In this document: positions 39,151 through 52,373 of the stretch, in pieces
Layout of the letters: every line of letters starts with the position of its first letter
Numbering within the stretch: the first letter of the stretch is position 1
Source: Haliotis rubra
Lineage: Eukaryota
Assembly (NCBI RefSeq): GCF_003918875.1
Contig: NW_025767360.1
Coordinates: 186,001 to 250,000 of the forward strand
Reading direction: 5' to 3'
DNA length: 64,000 bases
Notes under the pieces: generated by a model
Database searches by the model: none
Seen by the model: only the letters and a program-made list of their open reading frames with translations
Told to the model about the DNA's origin: nothing
Program-made: the position numbers and the translations under genes

Positions 39151-40506
39151 TGCAATTTTATGAGTACAACGTTGATGGTATAGTCTCTTTTGACATTTTG
39201 AATTTTGTTTTCATTTTCAATTGTTGTGCTTTGACATTTCATTTTTCATTTTCGTGACTATTGTTATGTTTTTACTGAACTCTCAGTGTTGTAAAGCATT
39301 TTCTGATCAGTGAGTTTAATTAGGATGCGATATCCCCGTATGTCCTCAATGAACCCCTCTCCATGCGTAGCAAGGCGTGCTTACAGTAAGTTCATAACTT
39401 ACAAGATACCAGGCGTGACAGATAACTACAGTTTTGAAGAGTATCAGGAGATTAGAGGTGTCGGACTGGGTTGTTCTATTACCGTTTGTGGATTACCTTG
39501 TGCACTGACAATCCCATGGTGTTTGCAAACTAAGACCTGTTACCTTTTTTCAACGACTATGAATCTTCCTTCCATGCACTAAGGTCTTTAGGAATAGTTC
39601 ATTTGAAGTGCACCTCAATGCCAACCAGGCTTGACACTTGATTTCATAAGCTGTGTATGCACAAGCTGATACCTTGTATGTCAAAGTGTTATCCTATTTT
39701 TAGGAATATAGAAGGTACATTGCCTAAACATGTGTTAATTTTATTTAAACAATTTATTCAAAACAACATGGTGTTGTCACGATAGCGTTTGTCAGTGTTA
39801 TTTATATATATAATCAACATGAGACAGCTGTTCATCATTTTCCCTGTATATATCAGTCCACTATAATTGAAACACTATTTAGACAATCGATATGTTTGCT
39901 GACTTGCTTGCCTCTGTCAGATATATTTTTACTTGTTAATGTATTGCTCGTATGATTTTGTCGGGCTAGTGGTCCAGTGACATATGACTTACAAATGTAT
40001 ATTTGTCTTCGACTGTAACAAAACACGTGTACATGAATCACTGCCAAAACACTTTTTATCTGTACCAGAGAAAGGTTGAAGTAACATGGGGTGGAATCAC
40101 CAAAACATTTTTTTTTTATCACAAGCCCTCAATGAACAGAGACCAGGGATATCTCATCCCTTCTGCATACAATGAACTGATAAAAAACAACAGATTAAAG
40201 CACTCCAGCTATCATTGCTAATTAATCTCATCAGCCATGCATATTTTGTTTCTGCCTCAAGGACCATTATTAGCTTCCTTCCTACATCATTACCACCGTG
40301 ACTTGTTGTTATTGTTAATCCCCTTGATTCATACCTAAATGTTGTTATTACTTAATCCCTGTTGATGTATATAAGTCTGTTCTGTTCTGTTAAATGGACG
40401 CCTTTAAGTTTTAAGTAAAAAATTGATAGTACGGATATATGGTGGCAGATTTCTTCATCGTAGACATATATGGCAAGATTTGATATGTTTATCTTGTTTG
40501 ATTATA

Positions 40507-40625
40507 TACTCATGCCAATAATGGTTGTCACCCCCTTCAATTTTTTTAATTGGAGATGGGGTGTGAGGTGTGTGGGGGGTTGGGTTGGGGTGGGGAGGGG
40601 GTGACAACCATTATTGGCATGAGTA
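40507..40625. mobile_element. Tc1/mariner-type MITE with G-rich core
   Basis: Perfect 30-bp TIR TACTCATGCCAATAATGGTTGTCACCCCCT; TA flanks. Confidence 0.88.
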
Positions 40626-41371
40626 TATTTGAGACATTGTCCGTTGGAACAGTAACGCATTCAGGTAGGGTGTCCAGATTGTGGATGACAAGTGGATGTG
40701 ACAGCTTTGTTATGCGAATGTGTTTATGGATCCAAATCTACAAATATCGATACAAAGATTTGCAATTCTTTTATGGTTTTATCATTTATGTTCTTGTTGT
40801 GGAAATGACATCATAGTCAATAAAGTACATCGTCAGTTTAAATACCATGCAATTATGTTACATAACTCACAAAACAGCCCATCTTTCCACGAAAATTCAA
40901 CAGATATTGTGTTAAAGCTTGCATGAGTGACAGATGGACAGCCAGCAACATCATAATTGATAGTAGGGCAATGGAACCATCTCAGGTATACACAATCATA
41001 ACACTTGTATTCATAGAAAAACCCCAGTTATCCATCTTAACTCCTTTGACATACGTTTAATCGTAGCTGAACTTATTCTCATTCATAATCTGTGAGAATT
41101 GTTTTATGAATTGTTATTAATTTGCATAGTCCTGGTACAGACTTTTGTAGTGTCATTGTATCATGAAAATTTGCAGCTTACAGTCTCTGTCTCTATTTTG
41201 AAGAATATTGGATATGACCTTATTATTGATTGAACGCGCGTTTGATTGTAATTGCACTGCATGCAGCAACACGTTTAGCATAGAATCTCGGTCTATATTT
41301 TCAAGTCGCAGCACTTATTCTACCCTCTTGACTGTTGTCAATACACGCTGGTCACTATGACTACGTAATGG

Positions 41372-41378
41372 TATATAT
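41372..41378 (+). promoter_or_regulatory. Putative TATA box of EGF gene 2
   Basis: TATATAT upstream of ATG 41427, homologous to 8404-8410. Confidence 0.45.
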
Positions 41379-41426
41379 GGACACACGCGCAGTAGACATT
41401 AAACAGAGGACGAAGCGGTTAAAGAA

Positions 41427-44400
41427 ATGCAGCTATTCAGAGTTCCACTTTTCCTACCTTTATTGCGTAAGTTAACAGTTATGAAAAGTGGCTTCCTTCC
41501 TGTGTAACGATACGTGTAAAGTTAACATTTAAGATTTAAATTATTTAGCGGTAGAAATGGTAATTGTTCTTCTTATTCGCAGATAACAATTTAGCAGCAA
41601 TGTTGTGTATAAACTAACAGTTTCCTATAAACATGTGAACACAAACAATGATAATTATACATGTTATGTCCGTTTCTGCTTTCTCAGTTTTGTCATGCTG
41701 GGCAGTTCTCGATGGCGTCTCCGGAACGTGTACGGCTGACGCTGATTGTCTTAATGACGGAAAATGCGACTCAACCTCTTTCAATTGTGACTGTACCGGT
41801 ACTGGGTATGAGGGTGAAACGTGCCAGACTGGTAAGTCAAAAGGAATATTTTACCAGTGTGTGTTCCCAGTTAGAAATTAATTAAAGAAATACGTAAGCG
41901 ATACAAGTGTATTAAGTACAGATAACTATCACATAATACTGTCTCAACAGCATTTTATACCAGGCGACTATCCGCGTAAGATCGATCTTCAGCAGCCTAT
42001 ACTTGTACAAAGAGGCCACTGGCGGGATATGATGGCCACGCTCGGTGAGATAACGGGTGTACATGACTGTATTTCAAACAAATATACTGATGTAAATAAT
42101 GCCAGTCGTAGGTTTGACTGGTCCTGACCCATACAGCGCCGTGATGCACCTGGAATATTGATGTGTGCGGTGCTACGATAGTGAGCGTCTGCATTTTTAA
42201 ATAACTCAAATACTTTGCAGGGACGTACTTTTGTTGTCCACGTTACTGAGAAACAGAAATCTAAAATGTTTTTTTCACATCGTCATAGCATAAACTTCAT
42301 TAGTAGTAGTAAAATGTTTTCATTTTTGTTTTCATTTCTTGGTAGACATTGATGAGTGCGCAACAAATGCTGATGACTGTGATACAAATGCCGACTGCAC
42401 AAACACTGAAGGGTCCTTCACCTGTACGTGCAAGCCTGGCTATACTGGAGATGGAAAGACTTGCACTGGTAAATACATACACTGTTTTGTAAATTGTTGG
42501 TATTGTTTTGCTTAAATTTGATGTTCTGTGAAACGAAACTAGGCTTATCCTCGTTTATGACGGAACAACGATACGTGTATAGAATAAATCAACAGAGAAT
42601 ATTTGTATCAGAACAAGAATTGTAATGTTGCAAAGGTAATGGGAACGGTTTTTTGCGTTGTACTTTTGTAACCAAACACAATTGCAAAAGTGTTTACTTG
42701 CTTTATATTACGTATCAAAGTTCAGGTACTGCCATATGACATTGTTATTGACTTTACAAGAGATTGTTAGATCGAACAGAGATACAATCTTATGGGAACG
42801 AGTGCAGTTATTGTGTGAATCTTGACTGAAAACCGTGGAAAAAGCGTCAAAGGCCAATGGCTTTGTATAATGCGTTTCAAAGGAGGTTGTAGTCATTTCA
42901 AAATGTCATGGTCGATGTCCTCACTACTAGGGCTGTATGGCTTTGTTGCACACTTGCAATTTGTGTTGCAAGGTAGACTATAATTAAGGGATCTTTGACT
43001 GAGTTGTGTTCAGAATATTTCAGTATGTCATGTTAGTGAACATCAGAACATTGTATTGATAGAATACTAAATTGATGAAGGACTTGTCAAACATCGATTT
43101 TCTATTTATTTTAGTGTTAACACTCGGACCAATATTAAGAGCAATATATTGTCACTGTGGTTAGAGCATTTGACAAACATCAGTGCTACTTCGATTGTGT
43201 CATACAGCCTTGTGTAAATGTCGAGAAAACTCAATTTAAGGGGACACAAAGAGTTATGTGATGATGTGTGAAAAGTGACTTTTTGCTGGTAACGCATGCG
43301 GAACTGGTACATGAGACGAAATATGTAACTTGTGTGATATTCGGAAATATACACATATGTAGTAAGGAAATCTGTTACGTTAAGCTGAAAATGAAGTTGA
43401 AGAGGTTTTGATTAGGCGACGTGCATATAATATGCAGGATCGCCATATGTTTGTGCGAATGAAACATGTAAATACAAAGAGTTTGCAATGGGTAAAACTG
43501 ATAGAATATAACGGTATCTAAGGAGCAAAAGCTCAATAATTGTTCGACTGTAGCTCTGCGTGTAACTCCACTGACACTTGCAATAAGTGAAAATGAGTCG
43601 GTGCCTGGCGTCTTAGTCAAATAAGGTTGTATTGATTTTAGCATATGTTCAGTGTTGTAAGTACTGGGAATGTATGGTCACGTTTTTCTTATGTGCAGTA
43701 AGGTAGTCAGTAATCACCCACGTTCTGAAGACTTTACTGATGTCAGTGAATCATGTTGGCCAATAGTATGTTTCAGGGACATTTGTGTTCAAGTTGCTTT
43801 GATGAGCCCCGAGCCTTATCGTTTTATTCCGCTAATCATTAATGCGCTCAAAAAAGTATTTTTCCTTTTTTAAGGAACGCACATTTGATTATTTTGGAAA
43901 GCAAATCACATCTAATGTAATTAAGATGCCGCTTAACGACAATAAGTTGCTATAGCATAATGCACCAGTTACGTTTCCTGAAATCGGGCATATGTTTCAC
44001 AGCAAATATCTTTTTCAACTCAAAGTTCTAATCTAATGATTATTTTTATAGATGTTGATGAATGCACTGAAGGTAAAGATAACTGCCATGAAGACGCTGA
44101 CTGCACCAACACAGACGGCTCCTTCACCTGTACATGCAAGGATGGCTATGTGGGAGACGGAGTGACATGCCAACGTAACAACCTTGCTGAATTTTCGATG
44201 GCTTAAGTATCATTGGCATACGTCGAATAGATCTCGTTTCGCCGGATGTGAAACCATTCTGACTTTTTAATGGTGTATACATTCACAATATTAAACGAAC
44301 AAGGGGCTACTTATAAAATTGAGCAATACTGGTTAGTTTTACTCCAGGCACTATTGCATCACTAAAGGGCCACAGTTCAGGCAACTTTGAAACTATAATG

Positions 44401-44895
44401 TCATACCATTATTTGTTTAAACCTGTTACAAGGATCTGCATTAAATTGATTCTTGTCCCTTTTTAAGTTATGAAAGAGACGCATGTACGTGGACAAACAC
44501 ATTCTCGTCATGTTGTGTTCTTTTCATCTGGCATTTATGCCGATGGCCTTAATCTTGTCAACCTTCTTCTCACATTTGCCTTTACAAGTGTGTAAATAGA
44601 CTACAAAACTTGTGAATTTGCATTTCCTCAATGTTGATGTGTTTTCTGCAATCAATTCTGATGCCTCAAGACACAGTTACCATAACAAACTACGCAAATT
44701 TTATGATAATAATCCATTATCCATTATTTTGATTGTTTAATATTTAATTCAATTATTGTTACCCTGTATCAATGACGGTTTACGATACGACTGACATGAC
44801 TGCACTGTATTTCAGATTCTGGTGCTGCTAAGTTATCGGGACACCTCCTCTTGCTCATTGTTGTTGCTGTCCTCGCTCAGCTAAGTCTCTTCTGA
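41427..44895 (+). CDS. Secreted, putatively GPI-anchored 3-EGF protein (EGF-cbEGF-cbEGF), 169 aa, 5 exons
   Basis: Exons 41427-41466, 41688-41831, 42346-42468, 44052-44174, 44816-44895 sum to 510 nt, all phase 1, open frame. The exon 4 donor is weaker (C/gtaaca). C-terminus [26 protein letters not shown] fits a GPI signal (small residues, spacer, hydrophobic end). Confidence 0.8.
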
Positions 44896-45214
44896 ATACA
44901 ACCGGACCGGAACAAGACCATGCTGTTTGTTAGATGTGTTTGAGTTGCCTACAGAACTTCATGGAAGTATATACTATAATTATGTTGTAATTTGACTGAT
45001 TATGTTTACAAGAGACGCAGTAAATTTCCTTTTAAGTAATGACATCCAAACTTCTGACAGTTGGTGGTACTGGTGACGTTTATGAAATGTTTTATCCTGG
45101 TCAGAAACTCAGTATCAGTCAAGAAAGAACCATGTGTTCAGGGTGTGTCATTTGGACCTGCATTTCAGTGACATTTTAAAAAGAACTCATCTCCTTCATG
45201 GCAATGTAAGTTCC

Positions 45215-45350
45215 TCACTGTAGATAAGAAGACAAAATTCTTCCCTGGTTCCCTTTAGACCGTTGATGACATGTTACTGATGACGTGGACCTGTCCCCCA
45301 GTGACCACTGACACTGAGTAAATGTTATCTACTTCTTGTCTGTAGTGACA
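45215..45350. promoter_or_regulatory. Conserved downstream element, copy 3
   Basis: Aligns with 12421-12555 although the adjacent GPI exon and UTR do not align by eye. Confidence 0.55.
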
Positions 45351-45599
45351 TTGGGTGTCACCTATCAGCCAGAAGTTTGGAAATGAGACTATAAATGTTA
45401 TCCTTTGTCATATACGATCAAATGAATACTTGTAGATTGGAAAATATGTATAATAAATTACATGCATGCCAATTCACGTGTAATCGTCTTTACTTTATGG
45501 GTAATTTCACAAAGGGGGAGAAAATGACTTTGGATCAAAGTGTCACTTTAGAATTACCTCAGTCACACAGCGGCTAGAAGACATTTAGAACAAAAAAGA

Positions 45600-46250
45600 C
45601 AATTTTTCAAAATAGCAGACATATAGTTGAAAGCAATTAAAAGCATATTTAGCATAGCAATGTCTAACTGCTTGAAACGAAAGCTATAAGCCACAGCATC
45701 TAAAACCAGACTACTTCTGGCATTGACTGCATCATTTTAGCCACCCGTGGTGGGCAAAGTTAACTAGTATTGAAGCTAATCTCTTGCTGATGATAGTTAC
45801 TTTGATCATATTATGGTCATGGTTTGGGATTCGAATGTGGATCTTCACGCTGTCATACAACCGCTGGAATATTAGTGAGTGTCATCTTCATTGATCACAG
45901 CATCGCATAAAATGTGGAAGCATGCAATGGTACATATCGATTCCATTCAAAGTGATATGCACGTGAACGCGGGAAAAACAGATGGTCCAATATTCTGCTG
46001 TAGAATATAAGAACCTCAAATAAATGCAATGGTGCTCGTGAACGGACAGTGAGCCGTTCATCGCTGCCTTTTCTGTTGTTCGATTACATGTGTCTGATGG
46101 GTGTTTCTCATGAAATTGAACAAAGTTCAATAAAAAAGGTGAAGTAATCATGTGTGGGTCGTATGAAGCGTCCACACACCGAGGAAGAATGACCTCTATG
46201 AATCAATCAATAGCAAAGGTTCATCCTTACCATTACCCTATTGTGAAATG
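45600..46250 (-). pseudogene. Ankyrin-like remnant downstream of EGF gene 2
   Basis: Minus-strand DAVNARSSLVLDAVAYSFRFKQLDIAML resembles an ankyrin repeat (ADVNAR..G...A.....LDI..LL). Confidence 0.3.
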
Positions 46251-46392
46251 ACTTCACAAAAATAAGAAGATTTGATAGATGGGTGATTTAAATTCATAAG
46301 GTTTATTGATGGTGACTTCGTTGTCTCATCCTTTTTGCATAATATTCTCAAAATTTCTTTTCCTCTGTGTGTTTTGTTTCATGTCGATTTAT

Positions 46393-46930
46393 GGTATAAG
46401 TAAGAAGTGGAGGACCCTTCATGGATATATTGACAAATTCAAGTTGTTATTTCTTGGTCGCCTGTGTAACCTAAAATGTAGCAATACTGCAAAAATGATG
46501 TTTTGTGCCTCTGTTACACAGCCTACGTCATCTAATGCTATAACGGCAATTATTTAAATAGTTGCTAATAAGTATAAGCGAGGCAAATATATTAGGTTAT
46601 ATGTGAACCATGGGATATTTCTACCAAAAGATCAATGGCGAAAGGAGCTGTTTGATGCAATTCACGGTTACGGGAACTATGGGTCAACATGGTTTCCATA
46701 AACGCCGGTATGTTCCGATGTTGGGAGGAAAATCCACTGTAACCTCACATATCATCTACTGTGGGATATCATATTTCTTTATCCACAACACAGATCAACG
46801 CTGCAATTTTGTATTCGTGTATCATCCCGTAATATTGTTTCTAAAACATGTACACTCTGTGACAAACATGCGTATGATTACGATTGTCATGTGCTATTGC
46901 ACTTTGAGAAACTTCTGCAAAGCAGAAACA
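46393..46930 (+). mobile_element. Degraded LINE post-RT fragment
   Basis: WRTLHGYIDKFKLLFLGRLCNL resembles the post-RT region of invertebrate LINEs. Confidence 0.55.
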
Positions 46931-48320
46931 GATTTTTTTCTTACCCAATAGATCACCTAGACGTTGAGGCCTATGTCAAATTTGAAATGCTGGACAAACA
47001 CGACATGTTGTCGTTCCTGTTTCGAGGTGATACTTACCCGATTGAATGTATAGAAAACTAAAGATCTCTCTCCCTCTCTGTGCGTTGCACAGCACAGTCG
47101 CATCTTTTGAAATCTTTTATTACCAAGCGTGGGAAGTGTGTAAAAGATATTTAACATTTCAAATATGGTTTTCCTCTACTTTCATAAAAGCAAGCTTCAT
47201 CTGTGCATGTCGACACACGGATTTGAAAACATTCCTGATCTAAACACAAAGACACCGTGAATATGACTGAATTTGTCAGAACGTGCAATATCGTACAAAT
47301 ACTCAGAAAGTATGTATGCCATTAAAGGGACAGAAAAGGCCAAAAACGACCAAGTGCAGATTATCACAGAAAGAGATTCCCATGGTCAGGAAAGGCAAAT
47401 TGGGTGAATGAATCCTTGAACCATATTAATGACACAATATTATTGTGGAACATTCTGTTCTGTGCAGTAAAGAGATTTTACAGTCTCTTTCCTATAATCA
47501 CATCCCTTTTGCCCTGTACGATCCTTACACAATTATTACAGACCGCCTGCCTGTCTGTGTCTGAATCTGTACAGGGATTTAGGTAAGCAAATGTTATTGT
47601 ATAGATATGACAATTTAAAATTGTAGCACGAATACAGCTGTAACAGTTCATTCTTTTATTTGAAAACGTAACCATCATGACACTTACAGTCTGTTTGGCT
47701 AGAAAGTGTCCCCATAAATTGCTTAATATGTCAGTTTAGAAAGGTAGTTAAGAAATATTACGAGGCAAGATATACATGAATAACCTATACCCAAACACCG
47801 AAAAAGTTATTTAACAAACTATCACGGACCTTCACGGGTATGAAAGTTTGAGAGTAACAAATTCTTCACAATACATAGATTTAACCAACGATGACAATTT
47901 CATGTTTTTCTATTATCGTTACTCAATATCCCCCACAATCCAATGGATTACCAAGCATGGATATATTTTGTGGCTGACCATACAAACTTTAACCTTATTT
48001 AGAACATCCTGAAACGAACAACCGTTGAGTAGATGCATATTGCCTTAGATGTTGGAATTGATACCATATTTGTCACAGGATAACTATGGATTCGGGAAAC
48101 TATCAACGATTGTTAGCCAAAAAATATATGTTGCCGATAACTTGTCACCAAATGTTTTTAAGACACAATTTAATACTTCACAGGTAGGCATCGTTCTAAT
48201 ACCTAAAGCCTTATATATCTGTTGAAATAACTCATTTTATTCCTGGCTACAACTATATCATCCAATATGATTGGACAGTCGACCACAGTAAGAGTATAAT
48301 ATTTTTACATTTACAATGAA

Positions 48321-48375
48321 TTACTGATGACGTGGATGTTTCTCCCATTGGCTGACACAGATTAAAGTTACCTGT
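48321..48375. promoter_or_regulatory. Conserved element, diverged copy 4 (no adjacent exon recognised)
   Basis: ttactgatgacgtggatgtttctcccattggctgacacagattaaagtta aligns with the core of the other copies. Confidence 0.45.
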
Positions 48376-49899
48376 TGCTATTGTATACGTTGGGACTGTT
48401 TTCAATCCATGTATCTCATAATGGTGTATGGTCCGCTGAACATTGGTTGGAATCCTGCAAATACAACGAACGAGCAAGCAAGTTTCTTACTTATTTTACG
48501 GATATTTTCACTGGGGAAAATTTGACTGGACATGAACATTTCGCAGCCAATAAGTAACAGGAATGGAATGCAAAGAAAGTTATCAACACATCAAAAGTAA
48601 GTGAAACACATATTGGGAAGGCTATAAGAATGGATCACTGGAAATAAGTAAGAACGCCAGGTGTTTGCACCAGGACATGCATGTCATGATGTACCGTTAA
48701 TGCAAATTCTTACACAATTTGTAGAAACGTCCCAATCTTTACAAAGTCGAGCCATAATAATACTTTTGAGAAAAATCGCAAAACGTGAAATGTACTTACT
48801 TTCCTTCTTTGTTGTATTACACCACTCTCGTCAATATTATATCCATCTGGAGTTCAGCTAACCAAACCGTGTTTCAGGTCCTTTTTCATAGTCTTTGTTG
48901 AATGTTTGGTGTTTTTGCATTAAAGGAAGTTGATGAAGGATGGGCACGTGGGGAAATGCATCTATTTTGGCAGAGGAATTGCGCTTAATGTGCGAAAAGA
49001 GACAAAATGACTAAGTTCCTGCCACGACCCAAAACGAGTGATGTACATAATAAACAGTGTTTCTTCTATGCACTTCTTTACGTTTGTCTTCGTTCCTAAA
49101 TTGTAAATCGGTAATATTGTGATGAAAATATGTGTCTGTGTAATCATTCTTTTGAGTGTGACTTTGTGTAAATATTGGATTTGTATATATCGGTAAACTT
49201 GGTCTCGTTAGATTTGAACCCACTCAAACATTTGCCTTCAGAATTGTCATTTAAGGTCTTTATGGTCAGTTGATCCAGATAGTAAGTTAAATTGAAGGGT
49301 TTGGATTAATTGCTTTGGCTGTGGTTTAAGATTAACATATTGATACTATAAAACATATAGGGCGTTTCGATACTGCTTGTCCAAGTGTATCTGTCAGTCA
49401 TGTGACCCTATCATGACCCTCGTTGTTTGAGGGAAGGATATTATTGACATTATTCTGGCAGCAATATGAGTTCTCTCTTGACAATAGGTCGCTTGTCAAG
49501 TCAGACATGCAGCTAATAGTACAACAATTCGGGTATGCCTGCGAGTGCTTGTGTGTTGTTCAACACCCCATCCAGCAATATTCTATGACGGTGTTCTGTT
49601 CATATCCGAGTCAGATTCAGCTGTGACTGATGCTATGAGTAACGTTAGCTGAAGCAACATGTGGCCAAGAACGATGACAGTTAACTATTGTTTGCCATCA
49701 TTGTATGCCTACAAGGTAGTAAGTTTTTCACTGGGTGGGCAGGAAACACGACATGACATAACCCATTAGACATGTCTTGAACATATGTACAAGCCTAATG
49801 AAGTGAACGATTACAACTTAAACGAGGAACGAGTGTCCTCAGAGCGATGTGCCATATCAAATAAGATCTGGTTCATTTTATGAATGGAAGACTCTCTGA

Positions 49900-50250
49900 A
49901 CGAATACTGCACCGGTCGGGCTGTGTGTCCAATAGAAGAGCAACTCTACTAAGTACTTCGCTTGGATGAAGTCATCTGGCCTGACGAGTGAAACAGGAGG
50001 TTTTCTGTTTACTACTGTCTGGTCTAGTCACTTTCCTCTTAATGAAGAATATTGTGTCAAATGTAATGAATTTAACCAGACTTCCCACTACCCTGTCAGT
50101 GGATCCCCAGCGACAGGCACAGAGATTATCTTCAGCAGCATGGTGACACCGTTATTACTGCAGTTTCCATCCAAGACATGCAGAATATGCGTCATGGGCA
50201 ATGGAATTTATGCAATTCTTTTGAATAGGCCCGTATACAGCCTCAGGCGT
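49900..50250 (+). mobile_element. R4-clade-like (RLE) non-LTR retrotransposon fragment
   Basis: FAWMKSSGLTSETGGFLF..CVKCNEFNQTSHYPVSGSP resembles W..S.GL..ETEG.I.AAQDQ..CxxC..ET..H..SGCP. Confidence 0.6.
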
Positions 50251-50649
50251 ACCTAAGCCAACATTCATGGTAGGAAGTTGTCAGACTCCCTATTGTCATT
50301 AAGCTAAACACCCCAAAATCTCGAGACTGATAGGAACACAGCCCATTATTCATTGTTGAATTTTAATGATGGTCATCATGATTTTCGAAATTATGAAAAA
50401 GATCCCCTACTGTCAAGGAACATACATTATCAGAATTATTGCATACATGTCATCAGAATAAAGTTTAAATATAATGTATTCAGCTAATGCACTAAGATAG
50501 GAGCCAGGATACCTGAGTTACGTAACATAGTTTTTGGCTATTCAACCATCAACGTATCACATTTCCATAATAAGATTCAATTTCAACTTTCATTTCATTT
50601 CATCTCTTCTCATACACCGTCGCTTAAAGGACCCATTACTCTCCGGGTA

Positions 50650-50722
50650 ACTGACCGACTGACAGTTTAGTTTTACGCCGCTTTTAGCAATATTCCAGCA
50701 ATATCACGGCGGGGGACACCAA
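50650..50722 (-). mobile_element. 5'-truncated SINE tail
   Basis: ttttacgccgcttttagcaatattccagcaatatcacggcgggggacacc, flanked by tccgggt(a/g)ac. Confidence 0.8.
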
Positions 50723-52373
50723 AAAATTTCCGGGTGACGATTCTAACAATAAACGGCTGCTACATTGTGTGACACTTTTACCTGATTTTTCTTCCCTGTT
50801 TGTTTTCCCCAGGTGTGTCTTTTCCCTTTCATCTGAAACTGGATTTCTATATTTTTTTTAAAAATCGATATACTTGCTGAATTGTTTGCCTGTCTTATAT
50901 TGTTTTTTACTTGTTTACTGGCCTGGTTATTGGGCTATATCCTATGAATGAAGATATATATAAGAGTAGGCATCAACAGAAGGGTTCACAGTCATGAAAA
51001 TTCAATGCTTAAATCAAAGTATATTTGTATTCAACTGCAACAAAAACATGTGTATGTGAATCACTGCCAAATGAACTTTATATCTGTATCTGAGTCAAGT
51101 TGAAGTTACATCACGTGGATTCTTCAAAAGAAAAAATATTTGTTTACAACTTTATAGACCACACTATAACGACCACACAAATGATAGACATAATTATAGA
51201 CGCGACAAAACCCATTCCACATTCATAAGAAATCTCTGCCAAAAGCTGACTCGATTGTACAATTATTACAACATCATGAGCAGATACTCATGATCAGTAT
51301 TTGTTTGAGAAGTATTACAGTTGTATGATGTTGTTTGTAAGCAAATCAGGTCTGAACCCGATAATCCAGTGATTGTTACTATGCGATACGATGACAGAGT
51401 ATGTGTTTATGAATCACTATAAAATAGTGATGATACCAGGTGAACGTATCCAGCTCCACCGGTGGTACCCGTCTTACACATATGCCAAGTCTAGTCAATT
51501 GTTCAACTCAAAAAAATTCGGGAAAGTATGGTATAAGTCAAAATGGAGATTGCATCGGGCATGTTTTTTGTCACTGACGCATCCAATTTGGAAATTTCCT
51601 CCACTTTTTTACCATAAAACTTCTTGAAAGCTTTTTCTGGAGTGTTGATTCTTTCATTCCCTTGATTGTATGGAGGATTATGGTGAACCTTTTTGGCTCG
51701 AACTAATTACTTACTTACAAAGTCTACTTACCTGTCTGCAAAGGACAGTAAACAATGTCAGTCTATCAGAGATTTATACTTAGAACTTGCATATAACCAT
51801 TAAACACTATTTCTATCTTTAACAATACATTATTAAAAAGGGCTATAGATCGTCAACAACTGAAGGCAGATTACCATACTAGGGATCATGGGGACTTATA
51901 GTGCTCTTTCAATTAAACGAATACGTAAGAGATGCAAATTCATTAAGTACAGAGAACGATCACATTATACTGTCACAAAAGCATTTTGTACCATCTATCC
52001 GGGTAAGATTTGATTCCTGAGCAGCCTATACTTGCAAACAGAAGCCACTAACAAGATAGGATGGCCACGCTCAGTGAGATAGCTGGTGTACATGACTGTA
52101 TTTCAAACACATATATTGATGTAAATGATGCCAGTCGTAGGTTTCACTGGTCTGATCCATACAGCGCCGTGATGCACCTGGAATATTGATGTTTGCGATG
52201 CTACGATAGTGCGCGTCTACATTTTTAAATAACTCAAATACTTTGCAGGGACGTATGATTTTGTTTTCAACTTATCTGAGAAACAGAAAACAAAAATGTG
52301 TTTTTTGTTCACATCACCATCACATAAACATCATTAGCAGTAGTAAAATGTTTTCATTTTTGTTTCCTTTACT

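Larger units (their letters stand above)
29800..40300 (-). pseudogene. Large decayed minus-strand coding-like region (ankyrin-like 3' part), interrupted by repeats
   Basis: Long partly open frames such as APALVEKVYNVLGIIEHGLSLKKRRSTPALMVFDQGYNF, TTGRTGHAYNPSIIGN and DPGTAMSTCISCLK*FLTHDRVAD. Paralogous pieces at 1-7000, 19100-26300, 50570-51900 and 63840-64000. Identity not established. Confidence 0.3.
31260..42950 (+). repeat. Segmental duplication block 1, copy B
   Basis: Matches 1-10150. Confidence 0.9.
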
